From: Amoeboaphelidium occidentale
Lineage: Eukaryota
Length of the DNA stretch: 64,000 bases
NCBI GenBank assembly: GCA_023515795.1
Contig: JALGPX010000014.1
Location: 62,001-126,000 of the forward strand
Direction of reading: 5' to 3'
Part shown: positions 10,274 to 19,720 of the stretch, in pieces
Numbering within the stretch: position 1 is the first letter of the stretch
How the letters are laid out: every line of letters starts with the position of its first letter
Translations under genes and position numbers: made by a program
The notes under the pieces: generated by a model
Told to the model about the DNA's origin: nothing
The model's input: only the letters and a program-made list of their open reading frames with translations
Databases searched by the model: none

Positions 10274-11431
10274 TTACTTTCTTAATCTTTTACTTTGTCT
10301 TCTATCAGGCTCTATACCTTTGCGTTCACGAATGCGTTTATCTGCTCGATAGATGTCTAATTGCTTCTGCCTCAGTGAGTTATCAATATCTTGACTTAAT
10401 GGAGAAACCTTTAACACCTCAAACAAATTCAACTTTTGATGCTTGCCTTCTACGCGAACACTATTCAACCCCACTTCTTCAACAATGTAGACGTTCAATG
10501 TGAATCTCTGCCCTTCTTCCTCAAACGCACCTCGTTTGTTCAATAATCTTACAAAATCACCACGTTTAATTACAGAATTGGTGACCTTATTATTGTAAGC
10601 TNNNNNNNNNNNNGTGAATCTCTGCCCTTCTTTCTCAAACGCACCTCGTTTGTTCAATAATCTTACAAAATCACCACGTTTAATTACAGAATTGGTGACC
10701 TTATTATTGTAAGCTATACTTTTCCTTATCAGGTCAGCTTCATCAAACGTTTCTAGCTGCTCGGGTATGTTCGAGATGCTACTATGAAAGGAAGAGTTGT
10801 AGTTTTGAACAAAATCTGGCAACTTATCAATCCATCTATTGGTATTCTTACTTGTTAGATACTTTTCTATCATGAGTTTAATTGTGCGATTGAACCTCTC
10901 TGCTACTCCTAGACACTTCTTATCATCCTTTTCACAATATTGTGATGTTATGTTATGCTCATTCATCCAATTTGCAATGTGATTGTTTTGGAACTCTTTA
11001 CCATTATCCGTCTGAAGAACTTTCAATGGTCGCCCATCATTGATTGATTTCTGGTGTATTTTGTCCAATGCATTCAATACTGTTCCTTGCGTTTTATCCC
11101 TCAGGGCAGCAACATATGCATACTTTGTATTCACATTAATCACAACTAGCAAGATGTGATAATTGGAGTTTTGTCTTTGATATCGCGTCAGAAAAGTCAA
11201 ATCAGCCTGGTAATGGCCTAACTTACCATGAATTTTTGGCGTGAGCTTGGCATTCTTTGGCTTCTGAAACACTTGATTTATTGGATTTTGGGCGAGGAAT
11301 TCCTTCACTTGTTTCATGGTGATCTTTGAGTTGATGACTTTTGCACGTCTCAACAATTTTTCGGCACCCACAAAGCCAGTCTTGGGATCATTAAAGAGTT
11401 GATTTTGTACTTGATTAACACTTGTCATCAT
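10274..11431 (-). CDS. Retroviral-type (rve) DDE integrase of Polinton type
   Basis: YQADLTF, LQTDNGKEF and AERFNRTIK give the D-D-E triad; YNSSFHSSI; ATG at 11431. The duplicated segment around gap 10602-10613 is an assembly overlap. Confidence 0.92.
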   Translation of the reverse strand: MMTSVNQVQNQLFNDPKTGFVGAEKLLRRAKVINSKITMKQVKEFLAQNPINQVFQKPKNAKLTPKIHGKLGHYQADLTFLTRYQRQNSNYHILLVVINVNTKYAYVAALRDKTQGTVLNALDKIHQKSINDGRPLKVLQTDNGKEFQNNHIANWMNEHNITSQYCEKDDKKCLGVAERFNRTIKLMIEKYLTSKNTNRWIDKLPDFVQNYNSSFHSSISNIPEQLETFDEADLIRKSIAYNNKVTNSVIKRGDFVRLLNKRGAFEKEGQRFXXXXXAYNNKVTNSVIKRGDFVRLLNKRGAFEEEGQRFTLNVYIVEEVGLNSVRVEGKHQKLNLFEVLKVSPLSQDIDNSLRQKQLDIYRADKRIRERKGIEPDRRQSKRLRK

Positions 11432-11468
11432 GCTATATTTCAAAAAAGATAATCTTTTGAGATAAAAA

Positions 11469-14400
11469 TTATTTATTTGAAGGAATGGAAGCATGGTAAT
11501 GTGGCACTGAATCGTTACCAATGAAGTGTCTTCCCTCCCAGTGCACTGTGTTGATTTGTTTGGCTAAAGTATCCAGTTTCAAAATGCTAAAGTTGTCAAT
11601 GAGTTGTTGCTTTGAACTTCGATTTACATTAACACGTTTGAAATCACGATGCATATCAATGGTAATTGATTTACCTAACATCATTGATTCAAACAAGTCC
11701 ACATTCAATTGACTTTTAGGTATACCTTTCCCTCGCAAATGATACTTGATCTCCTCAACATCACCGTGTTTCTCTACATACTCCAAAAAGTAAAGTTTAG
11801 GAGCAATCCATCCGCCATATAGAATTTTACAATTGTCACCAAGATCGTCACTGATCCCTCCAATATCATTATTTAAGACCAGCCCTCTCAAGTTCCTTGA
11901 ATGGATTTGAATACTATCAGTATCTGTATAATAGGGAGAGTTTGCTAGCTGGTTCTTGGTATCATTACTATTAAAGAATGAATTTGTCTTTTGCAGATAC
12001 TGAAGCATAATCCTCCGACTGAAACCCAATATAAAACTTCCTAAATAGCATGGCTTTGAAATCTTTGAAGCTAGATTCTCCTCATCCTGATACGTCAGAT
12101 AGAAGCTTCCATCACTTAAGGTTCTCATTGATAAACTTCCATACTTGATGTGGTACTTGATGAATTCTTCATGGAGATGAATAATCACATTTTCATCAAG
12201 TATGGGTCTTTGGATTGTCTTGCCATATAATCCATTCATCATCAACTTTGCAAGTTTATACAATGCCGTGCCCTTTCTAGCATTTTTTTTGAACTCATAC
12301 AGATAATTGATATAGTTCCCAAAAACATTCTGAGTCTGCTCCCAATAGTAGCCTTCTACTATTGTCACTTTGTACCCATTTGCCAATGCATTGTCAATAT
12401 CAACAGAGTTGTAGATTCCACATCCATCACGTAGATCCCATATCAAACGCCCTTCTTCTCTGCGAGGGAGTATGCCATCCAAAAGATTCTTATTAGTTAC
12501 ATAGTTGATTTGATAGATGCCCATTTTAGGACATTTGGCAGTCCTTTGAATCAATTCATTAAAGTATATAAGAGACGGAGAATTTGGTTTCAAAGTGTTT
12601 GGAATACCTACAGGAAATTCATTTTGCATAGCTGCAGGATATAGTGAGTTCACGTCTGCATCAACAAGATAGTCTTCAATATCTTCAAATGGGATCTGTT
12701 TGTTCATGTATGCTTCTCGTTGACTGCTGACAAACTTGTGCTTATACTTATATGTTCTTCCCCCATATATCGACTCTCTAAAGAACGTTTCTTGTTCAGC
12801 TGTGGGCAAGAATACTGGGTCATTAGTATCACTGTACAAGAAGTTGATCCATGAAGCATAAGTAAGTTGAGATGTTGATAAATACTTGTAGAGATTTACA
12901 CCAAATTTCTCATAGCAGCTTTGGTTCAATCTTTCTGACAGTTTTTTTAAGCCCAATACATCTCCCTGCAAATACTTCAAACAGTCTGCCTGATCATCAA
13001 TAGACATACATTCCCAGTCATCACCTAAATTATAATCAAACTCGCCCTTCTGAATGGTGCAGCCCAACTCTTCTAAATTCTGTCGCAAAGTCCCAGTGGT
13101 ATGTTTCGAAATATCAAAGCATGATATATTCCCAACACTTGCCTTAAGGATCACACCATTATTCAACAATAACTCATCAAGCTTGATGGAGTCATCTTTT
13201 GAGTGCATTTTGTTGATCTTCTTAACCAGCTCGTAGTGATCAAACTTGCTACCATTGTAGGCATTAACAAAAACTGATGTGTAATCAGAGTAGCCAAGTA
13301 GATGGTTCACAAACTTTTCCATGCAATCTGTTCCTGTGAAGTATTGAAAAGTATTCTCAATATTGTCAACAAAACCAAGAATGTATGGGGTATGAATTTT
13401 GACATTTCCAACTGCTTTTCTTGTGTCGGTCTCTATATCGTAATGAACTATCACAATTTTATCATTCTTGCAATCAAAATTGAACTTGTCTTGTTTAAAC
13501 GGATTGATCACGTATCTATGCTTGCCCTCCTTGATCATCTTGTAGACAATCATATTGGTATTGCATGTATGTCTTGTAAGATACTTCCTACCACAGTCTG
13601 CACATTGTTGATACTTCTTTATTTCGATCAACGAATAATGATCATCCTCCAGCAACAACTTGACAAGATCTTCTTTCCCAACTAATTCTCCTACAACAAT
13701 ATCATTTGACCATATTTCTAGACCGTGTTTGCCATCACAGCTATATTCACGAAAGATATCCAGGGCAGATTTAACATCAATCAATGAGTTCTCTTCATGG
13801 TTAAATTGCTGCCTTATTTGATTACAAAGGTTTTTAGTAAGCTTTTGTCTAATACTTGGAATATAACTCTGAATGCACTTGAAAAAGCAATTGTTATTTG
13901 AAGCCTTTGGATGAATGACTCTTTTTGTAGCATCATTTGTTTTAAGTTCTCGTTTGTTACAACCTCCCTGAATAGCCTTAATGATATCAATCTCAATTCT
14001 ATTAAGGTCTTCAGAGTAATCTTCATTCTTACCAAAGAATCCATCTGCATATACATTGATCATGTGAACCAGGGTACTCTTGTTCTGAACATCAACACTC
14101 TTGAAAATCTTGTATATGGCAAAATTGTCACAATCAACCAACTGTACATATTTCAACATGATGATGTCATTTGGTTTCAATTGTTCGTCTGTTATAACTT
14201 TGTCAATAAAAGCAGATACAACCATTGTCTGAGATGTCGTGATATCAACATCAAAAGGAATAGTTTTAATCCACTTGCCCCTTTCCCTCCCCTCACTCAA
14301 TTCCTTGGCATACTTCTTCTCTTTGTTTGCAAAGTATACTAGATCCCTTATTGGCAATAGTTCATTCTTTCCAATTAAATAACCAATATCATTGACTTTG

Positions 14401-14636
14401 CATTGCAATAGATGTTCAACTTTGCCTTTGAAGATCTGAAATTCCAACTCATAATAGTCTCTTGTTAAGTCGTTTAAAGAATAGGTGAGCTCCTGTGATA
14501 ATAGGGAAGAATTCTTCAATTTTTTCTTGAGCCGCAGGTGTTTCACATCAAAGACAAGATCAAACTCATCAATGAGATAGTCCAAGGATGGAAGCCTCTT
14601 GGGTTCATTGAAGGAAATCCGACTGGCTTTGACCAT
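11469..14636 (-). CDS. Protein-primed family B DNA polymerase
   Basis: Exo I YDIET, Exo II YNGSKFDH, Exo III YLQGDV, Pol motifs DVNSLYP, KLMMNGLYGK, YTDTDSI and KGI. Long N-terminal region with NNNCFF...HYSLI and a CxxC...HxC finger. Confidence 0.95.
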   Translation of the reverse strand: MVKASRISFNEPKRLPSLDYLIDEFDLVFDVKHLRLKKKLKNSSLLSQELTYSLNDLTRDYYELEFQIFKGKVEHLLQCKVNDIGYLIGKNELLPIRDLVYFANKEKKYAKELSEGRERGKWIKTIPFDVDITTSQTMVVSAFIDKVITDEQLKPNDIIMLKYVQLVDCDNFAIYKIFKSVDVQNKSTLVHMINVYADGFFGKNEDYSEDLNRIEIDIIKAIQGGCNKRELKTNDATKRVIHPKASNNNCFFKCIQSYIPSIRQKLTKNLCNQIRQQFNHEENSLIDVKSALDIFREYSCDGKHGLEIWSNDIVVGELVGKEDLVKLLLEDDHYSLIEIKKYQQCADCGRKYLTRHTCNTNMIVYKMIKEGKHRYVINPFKQDKFNFDCKNDKIVIVHYDIETDTRKAVGNVKIHTPYILGFVDNIENTFQYFTGTDCMEKFVNHLLGYSDYTSVFVNAYNGSKFDHYELVKKINKMHSKDDSIKLDELLLNNGVILKASVGNISCFDISKHTTGTLRQNLEELGCTIQKGEFDYNLGDDWECMSIDDQADCLKYLQGDVLGLKKLSERLNQSCYEKFGVNLYKYLSTSQLTYASWINFLYSDTNDPVFLPTAEQETFFRESIYGGRTYKYKHKFVSSQREAYMNKQIPFEDIEDYLVDADVNSLYPAAMQNEFPVGIPNTLKPNSPSLIYFNELIQRTAKCPKMGIYQINYVTNKNLLDGILPRREEGRLIWDLRDGCGIYNSVDIDNALANGYKVTIVEGYYWEQTQNVFGNYINYLYEFKKNARKGTALYKLAKLMMNGLYGKTIQRPILDENVIIHLHEEFIKYHIKYGSLSMRTLSDGSFYLTYQDEENLASKISKPCYLGSFILGFSRRIMLQYLQKTNSFFNSNDTKNQLANSPYYTDTDSIQIHSRNLRGLVLNNDIGGISDDLGDNCKILYGGWIAPKLYFLEYVEKHGDVEEIKYHLRGKGIPKSQLNVDLFESMMLGKSITIDMHRDFKRVNVNRSSKQQLIDNFSILKLDTLAKQINTVHWEGRHFIGNDSVPHYHASIPSNK

Positions 14637-14689
14637 GAGACATGTATATATAGGGAACTATTAAAATTCTGAAATTAAATAATTAATAG

Positions 14690-14797
14690 TTTGCACCTTT
14701 GCACCTTTGCACCTTTGTACCTTTGTACCTTTATATCTTTGTACCTTTGCACCTTTGTACCTTTGTACCTTTGCACCTTTGTACCTTTGTACCTTTG
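14690..14797. repeat. Tandem 8-bp repeat TTTG(C/T)ACC, about 13 units
   Basis: Directly visible; lies between the pPolB start and the right TIR. Confidence 0.9.
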
Positions 14798-15069
14798 GAT
14801 GTTTTCAACTTTACACATTTTACCTTTGCATGCTTGACCTTTGATGCTTTACCTTTTACCCTTCACCTTTAATTAATTAATTTATTTCGAAAATATCTCG
14901 CGATATATATAGATGGTTTGAAACAATTGGAGTTTCAAATGATGACCGAGTGAAACATCAAAGGTTCAAAGGTTAAAGGTGTCAAAGGTCAGATCTCAAA
15001 GATCAGCATCATCAAAGACAAACATCAAAACTGAACTCAAGCAAGGGTGAAACGTGAAAGCTATCACCC

Positions 15070-15383
15070 CTATCAAGTGCATCTGGTGAGACCTTTATAT
15101 CATCATTGAAACGAGATTATCAAGCTCATTCTTGACACATGTTAGCCATAGCCGAGACTCATCACAAACGATTCAATAGAGAACAGCAGAGAGCACAATC
15201 ACAAGTGAGGAATATCAAGGTGTGTTTAAGATCTGTTAAAACTTTTTCGAGGCATATTTAAAGATCGTTTATTTGGTACCAAAGTGTACTGAAAAAGTAT
15301 GATCATTTTGATTATATCATTATGACAATAATGATAAAATAGGATCATTTTCAGTTTGGTACCAAATAAACGATATTACTTCT
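15070..15383 (-). repeat. Right terminal inverted repeat (314 bp)
   Basis: Ends ...CGATATTACTTCT, the reverse complement of the left terminus AGAAGTAATATCG. Confidence 0.95.
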
Positions 15384-15980
15384 GATGTGTTCACAGGCGA
15401 CCACACCAATAAGGCTAGAAAGCCAAGCTCAGAAGTCGAAAAGGGAAAAGAAAAATCAAAATCTGACGTTCTCGCTTTAGATTATGAGCAATCCAAGAAC
15501 TTCAAGGATACTCAATCGGCCATCCAAGTTGCGACTCAGTCTAAGTCAACAGGAAATTCCAAGAATTTCGTAAGAAGAAACAAATCCATGTTGAAACAAA
15601 CATGGCTTCTTATTAAAAGAACTTGGATCAACACAACAAGAGACACTGGAATCATGTATGTTCGGACTCTGTCTGCTTGGGGAATCCCATTATTGGTTGG
15701 TTTAATCTTCTTTCAAATGCCAAATGAAGCATCTTCTTCGAGAAACAGAATTAATGCTCTCTTGTTCTTGATGTGTGTGTTCTCCCTGTTTTGCCTTCCT
15801 GCAATATCAAAAATTCTTGAAGATCGATTGTTATTTCAACGAGAAAGAGCATCTGGTGCATATTCCACAGTCCCCTATTGGTTTGCAACGTCCATTGTTG
15901 AGGTTCCTATTCTTCTATTGATTGCTGTTGGATATGGTTCTATTGTCTATTACATGTGCAATTTACTACTTTCACCATGA
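15384..15980 (+). pseudogene. ABCG transporter linker and membrane domain, 3'-truncated (starts with right TSD GATGTG)
   Basis: Same frame as 6552-7259; QTWLLIKRTW, LLVGLIFF, DRLLFQRERASGAY, SIVYYMCNL, then an abrupt end. Confidence 0.85.
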
Positions 15981-16752
15981 AATCTGTCAGAGCAATATCA
16001 AACGGCGCAAAATGGCACACATAAAAATGCTGAACCTTAACCGCGACATCTTCGCCAGTCTTTAACCGAGCACGATGAACTTGCGCCAAAGAAGCGGAAC
16101 CAACAGGATCATGATCAAACTCGGCAAAGACTTCATGGAATGGCTTACGAAGATCAGCCTCTATAACCGACTTGACGGCATCCAGTGAAGACTGTGGGCA
16201 CATGTTCTGCAACACCTTCATCGTTTCCGTGTATTCATCAGGCAGTAAATAAACCAGGGCCGAGATGTGTTGACCAAATTTGATGTAATCTCCTTCATTC
16301 TTCTTAAATGTATCCAAAAGCTTTTCGGCTAACCTCTTGTGGCATTTCGACCATATTAACTCAGCTTCTTCTTCGGAAAGTCCCTTTGTAACAGAATCCC
16401 TTAGCGATAACTTGTAATCAGCCATGATGGAAGTCACAGAGATGCCCACACGCACACAGCGGACTATCGCGGAGTAGTAAATGTATGCCTTTGATATCAA
16501 ACCATCATCATCTTTCGAGCCGTAGCTTCCAGTGTATGCGCCCGTAAACTTTGCTGCTCCAAGTATTACAGCATTCTTGAAATCATTATTTAATGCAGAA
16601 ATCTCAATAAAGAAGGACGTTGAAATTCCAGCCAATTGAACTTCAAACAAGGGCCTTTCAGAATCTTTCAACAGATTTGGAATACGTATGTCGGAAACAC
16701 CATATGGCCCCATGTTCTGTTCGCGATCGCGCTGTTTCAATCGAAAAGGCAA
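15940..16752 (-). pseudogene. ABC1/ADCK1 (UbiB-family) atypical kinase, N-terminal fragment
   Basis: YIKFGQ, LLPDEY, PVGSASLAQVHRA and VAVKVQH present; the catalytic C-lobe is missing and the gene ends at the ABCG junction near 15965. Confidence 0.8.
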
Positions 16753-17102
16753 AGACTATCGAAATAATTAGAACCCTTCTCGTTTCAAGTCACTCTTTGA
16801 GCCTTATTTTTATTTGAAGCCGTAACTGAGCAACTTTAGTGGGTTTGACTGTGGCAAAAACGCCTTAAGCACCTGGTGCCATGACTAATTGGGACACAAA
16901 TGAAACCAACAGTAACTTAAATAACTTTCCGCACTAAAACAGATTTATTGTTATCCATGGTCTACTTTAACCTTAAGCGTATACGCATATCGTGTGATTA
17001 TTGATCATGCGTATTGTAACATCAATTACCGCGCTTTTGGGCAGAATCAAAACCTATGGTCCAATCGTTTCAACAAAATTTTGCTATTTTATTCATTTAG
17101 TC

Positions 17103-18908
17103 ATGCCTGTTATCACAAGATCGCAGAAAAAACCAAAGCACCACCCATATCAGACACGTCAGAGACCTCCTAGAGCTACAGCAGCTCCGAAGGCACCTGT
17201 TACAACTACTCAAGCGAAACAAGCGCAACAATTGAAGCACGCGCCATGGTGGACAGACCAGTCTAAAGTTATGTCTCAGAGACTAGCAGTCCAGTCTTCT
17301 GGAACACGATCAGCTCAAAGCGCTTTAACAAAGTTCAAAGTGACGAAGAAGAAGATATCTTGGTGTACGGCAAACTACTACGAACCACTGGCAAAGCTGA
17401 ACAACAAGATTGAAATCCATGAGAATCCACCGGCGCCGTATCATTTAAATCGGCAGAGCCCTGAAAGTAAAAAGAGAAAGAAAACAAAACCACTGCAATC
17501 TGGTATGTCCTCTTACGACAAGAAGATTTGCAGCAGAATGAAATCTGGGCCAGACGAAAATGAAACAATGCGATCCGTCAAGATTCGTGTCTATCCCGAA
17601 GCCACACAGAAAGCCGCACTAAAACAGATATTTGGAATTGTTCGCGTGGTTTGGAACCAAGGGCTGGATGAAATGTTCCTCCGTGGCCACCCAAAGAACT
17701 GGCAGTCTCTCCGCAACAAGATTGTGACTGCATCAAATGTTTCCGAAGAAGAACAAGCAAGCCGTCCATGGCTGTACGATGGAAGCATTTGTTCAGCTTC
17801 AATTAAAGGGGAGGCAATCCACAAACTGGTCTCCTCCATCAAAGCCACCGAGGAATTATTAAGAGCTCAAAACAGAGCATTCAACTATCAAATGACACGA
17901 AAAAAGAAAAAAGACTCTCGTCAAAGCTTAAGCTTCTACCCAGGAGGCGCCTACGCGCTTAGATGCATTGAGTCCACCAGCACCAGAAACGGTACAAAAA
18001 AGAACAACTTTGGCTTAAAACTTCCTTTCGATGCACTAGCACAGCCTTTGAAGGTCACATCAGAGTCTGAATTTCAGGGGGCCAAATCAATCATGGAGAA
18101 TGAAATGGATAAAAAAGAATCCAATGAATACAAGAGGCTAGTTGAAGTTGTTTGGGAGAAACCGGATCAATACTACGTTTGCTTCCCATACACCAAGGCC
18201 AATCAAGAGAAGACTATAGATGATCATCCAATAGCTGCTGCATTGGACCCCGGAGTTCGTACGTTTCAAACCGTGTACGACAGCTCCGGGAACTTCTTTG
18301 AAGCCGGGTAAGGTGACATAAGAAGAGTTGAAAGGCTTTGTGTTAATTTGGATCGCCTGATATCAAAAGCAGCTGGGGTCAAAACCGGTCGCAAGAATCG
18401 GTACAAAAGAAGAAGAATGAACGCGGCCATTCAAAGAGCCAGACAGCGAATTAAGAATTTGATTTCAGACTTTCATGGAAAACTCGCACACGATCTAACC
18501 AGTCGTTACAATGCGATTTTGATTCCTACTTTTTATGTCAGCAAGATGGTTATCAAGAACAATCGCAAGATCAACTCCAAAACGGCTAGAAACATGCTAA
18601 ATTGGTCACATTACAAGTTCAAACAAAAGTTGCTGCAAAAAGCGGAGGAAAATCCAAACTGCGAAGTTCATGTTGTCACCGAGGAATACGCTTCAAAAGC
18701 ATGTGGAATTTGTGGGAGACTCAACCACAAACTAGGAGGAAACAAAACGTTTAATTGTACACACTGCGGTTTCAAGTTTGATCGAGACATGAATGCAGCA
18801 AGAAATATCATGATCAAGAATTTGGAATCAAGTGGATACAAACTCGCGAGCCTTCGGGCCTGTAGGCTACTACCAGTCGCAAGACCGCAGAATCGGTATT
18901 ACCAGTAG
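17103..18908 (+). pseudogene. Fanzor2 (TnpB-like RuvC RNA-guided nuclease) with a single in-frame TAA at 18309-18311
   Basis: SVKIRVYP...IFGIVRVVWN, RuvC-I ALDPGVRTFQTVY, RuvC-II VTEEYASK, CxxC...CxxC finger, RuvC-III DRDMNAARNI. ORFs 17001..18311 and 18348..18908 are in the same frame (EAG*GDIRRVERLC). Confidence 0.9.
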
Positions 18909-19004
18909 TATCAGGTTAACGTAGCAGGTAATTTTTTATTTTTTTTACTATCTAATTCTGAATGCTGCGCGTCGGCTTGACAAGCCGGCTTGCGGCAACC
19001 TTAG
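18845..19004 (+). ncRNA. Putative Fanzor omega-RNA scaffold (guide = flank from 19005 onward)
   Basis: Overlaps the ORF 3' end and is conserved in three copies; GCC-TTCG-GGC (18850-18859), GTC-GCAA-GAC (18876-18885), CGGCTTG-A-CAAGCCG (18973-18987). 5' boundary uncertain. Confidence 0.65.
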
Positions 19005-19012
19005 ATTTCAGC

Positions 19013-19128
19013 ATGATGATCAAACGCTTCTTTGCATCAAGACCAAATTGGTAATAAATTTTCTAAGTCTCGCTCATGCGTGTGTAGTTCTAATGCATGG
19101 AAGAACAGACAGAATAATGATCACTTCG
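19013..19128 (+). CDS. 5' start of a probable MRM2/FtsJ-like rRNA methyltransferase, cut by the assembly gap
   Basis: ATG 19013 with GT-AG intron 19051-19087 gives MMIKRFFASRPNCSNAWKNRQNNDHF, resembling the SxxWxxRQxxD start of RlmE/MRM2. Confidence 0.5.
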
Positions 19129-19129
19129 N

Positions 19130-19348
19130 TGATCGAGACATGAATGCAGCAAGAAATATTATGATCAAGAATTTGGAATCAAGTGGATACAAACTCGTGA
19201 GCCTTCGGGCCTGTAGGCTACTACCAGGGAAAGCTGCAGAACCGGTTACAAGTTTATCAGGTTAAAGTAGTAGGTAATTTTTATTTTTTTACTATCTAAT
19301 TCTGAATGCTGCGCGTCGGCTTGACAAGCCGGCTTGCGGCAACCTTAG
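19130..19348 (+). mobile_element. Second Fanzor right end (starts at a gap)
   Basis: Encodes DRDMNAARNIMIKNLESSG; scaffold variant; ends CCTTAG followed by unique flank CTGCCCTATTTG. Confidence 0.9.
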
Positions 19349-19720
19349 CTGCCCTATTTGTGTACGGGCACCGCAAGAAACAAGGTTAACCAATAAAACG
19401 AATGCGAGAAATGTAAAATAAAAGATCTTTACATTGAAATGTTGTCAGCTAATGTTGATTCCTTGCTTAATTAATGGTTCGGCTTGATATAGTGAAGGAT
19501 CATTGTCTACGTGATCTTAATGAATTGTTTCAACTAATCCAACCGACATTATGATCTCGCCTCTCCTCATTCTCGTATTTGCATGCTCTCATCGTTGCTT
19601 TGAAATACGATTCTAATGTGTGGCCCAGAGGTTTCCAGAACTGTGCAACAAATGCTATAAATAGATCGGCGCAACCAATGATCGAAGGCTGCAGCTTTTA
19701 CCATTTCTTCTTATGCACAG

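Larger units (their letters stand above)
7260..15383 (-). mobile_element. Compact Polinton/Maverick-like self-synthesizing element (pPolB + rve integrase + cargo, no recognisable virion genes)
   Basis: 314-bp TIRs, 5'-AG...CT-3' termini, 6-bp TSD, protein-primed PolB and DDE integrase. Removing the element plus one TSD restores the ABCG frame (...SEVIDV-FTGDHTNK...). Confidence 0.93.
16840..19004 (+). mobile_element. Fanzor2/TnpB-like element without a transposase; right end at 19004, left end tentative
   Basis: Right end defined by three copies that diverge after ...GCGGCAA(C/T)CTTAG. Left end guessed from TTAG at 16836-16839. Confidence 0.75.

Noticed and set aside
14690..14797. CRISPR-like array
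   Set aside because: Units are 8 bp, contiguous and have no spacers; the context is eukaryotic.
18309..18311. Stop-codon reassignment or readthrough in Fanzor
   Set aside because: TAA terminates many normal genes in the window, so a nonsense mutation or base error is simpler.
16839..19004. Whole Fanzor element as a perfectly excised intron (GTGGGT...TTAG)
   Set aside because: Removal would lose one base relative to the inferred empty site, and the left end is not established.
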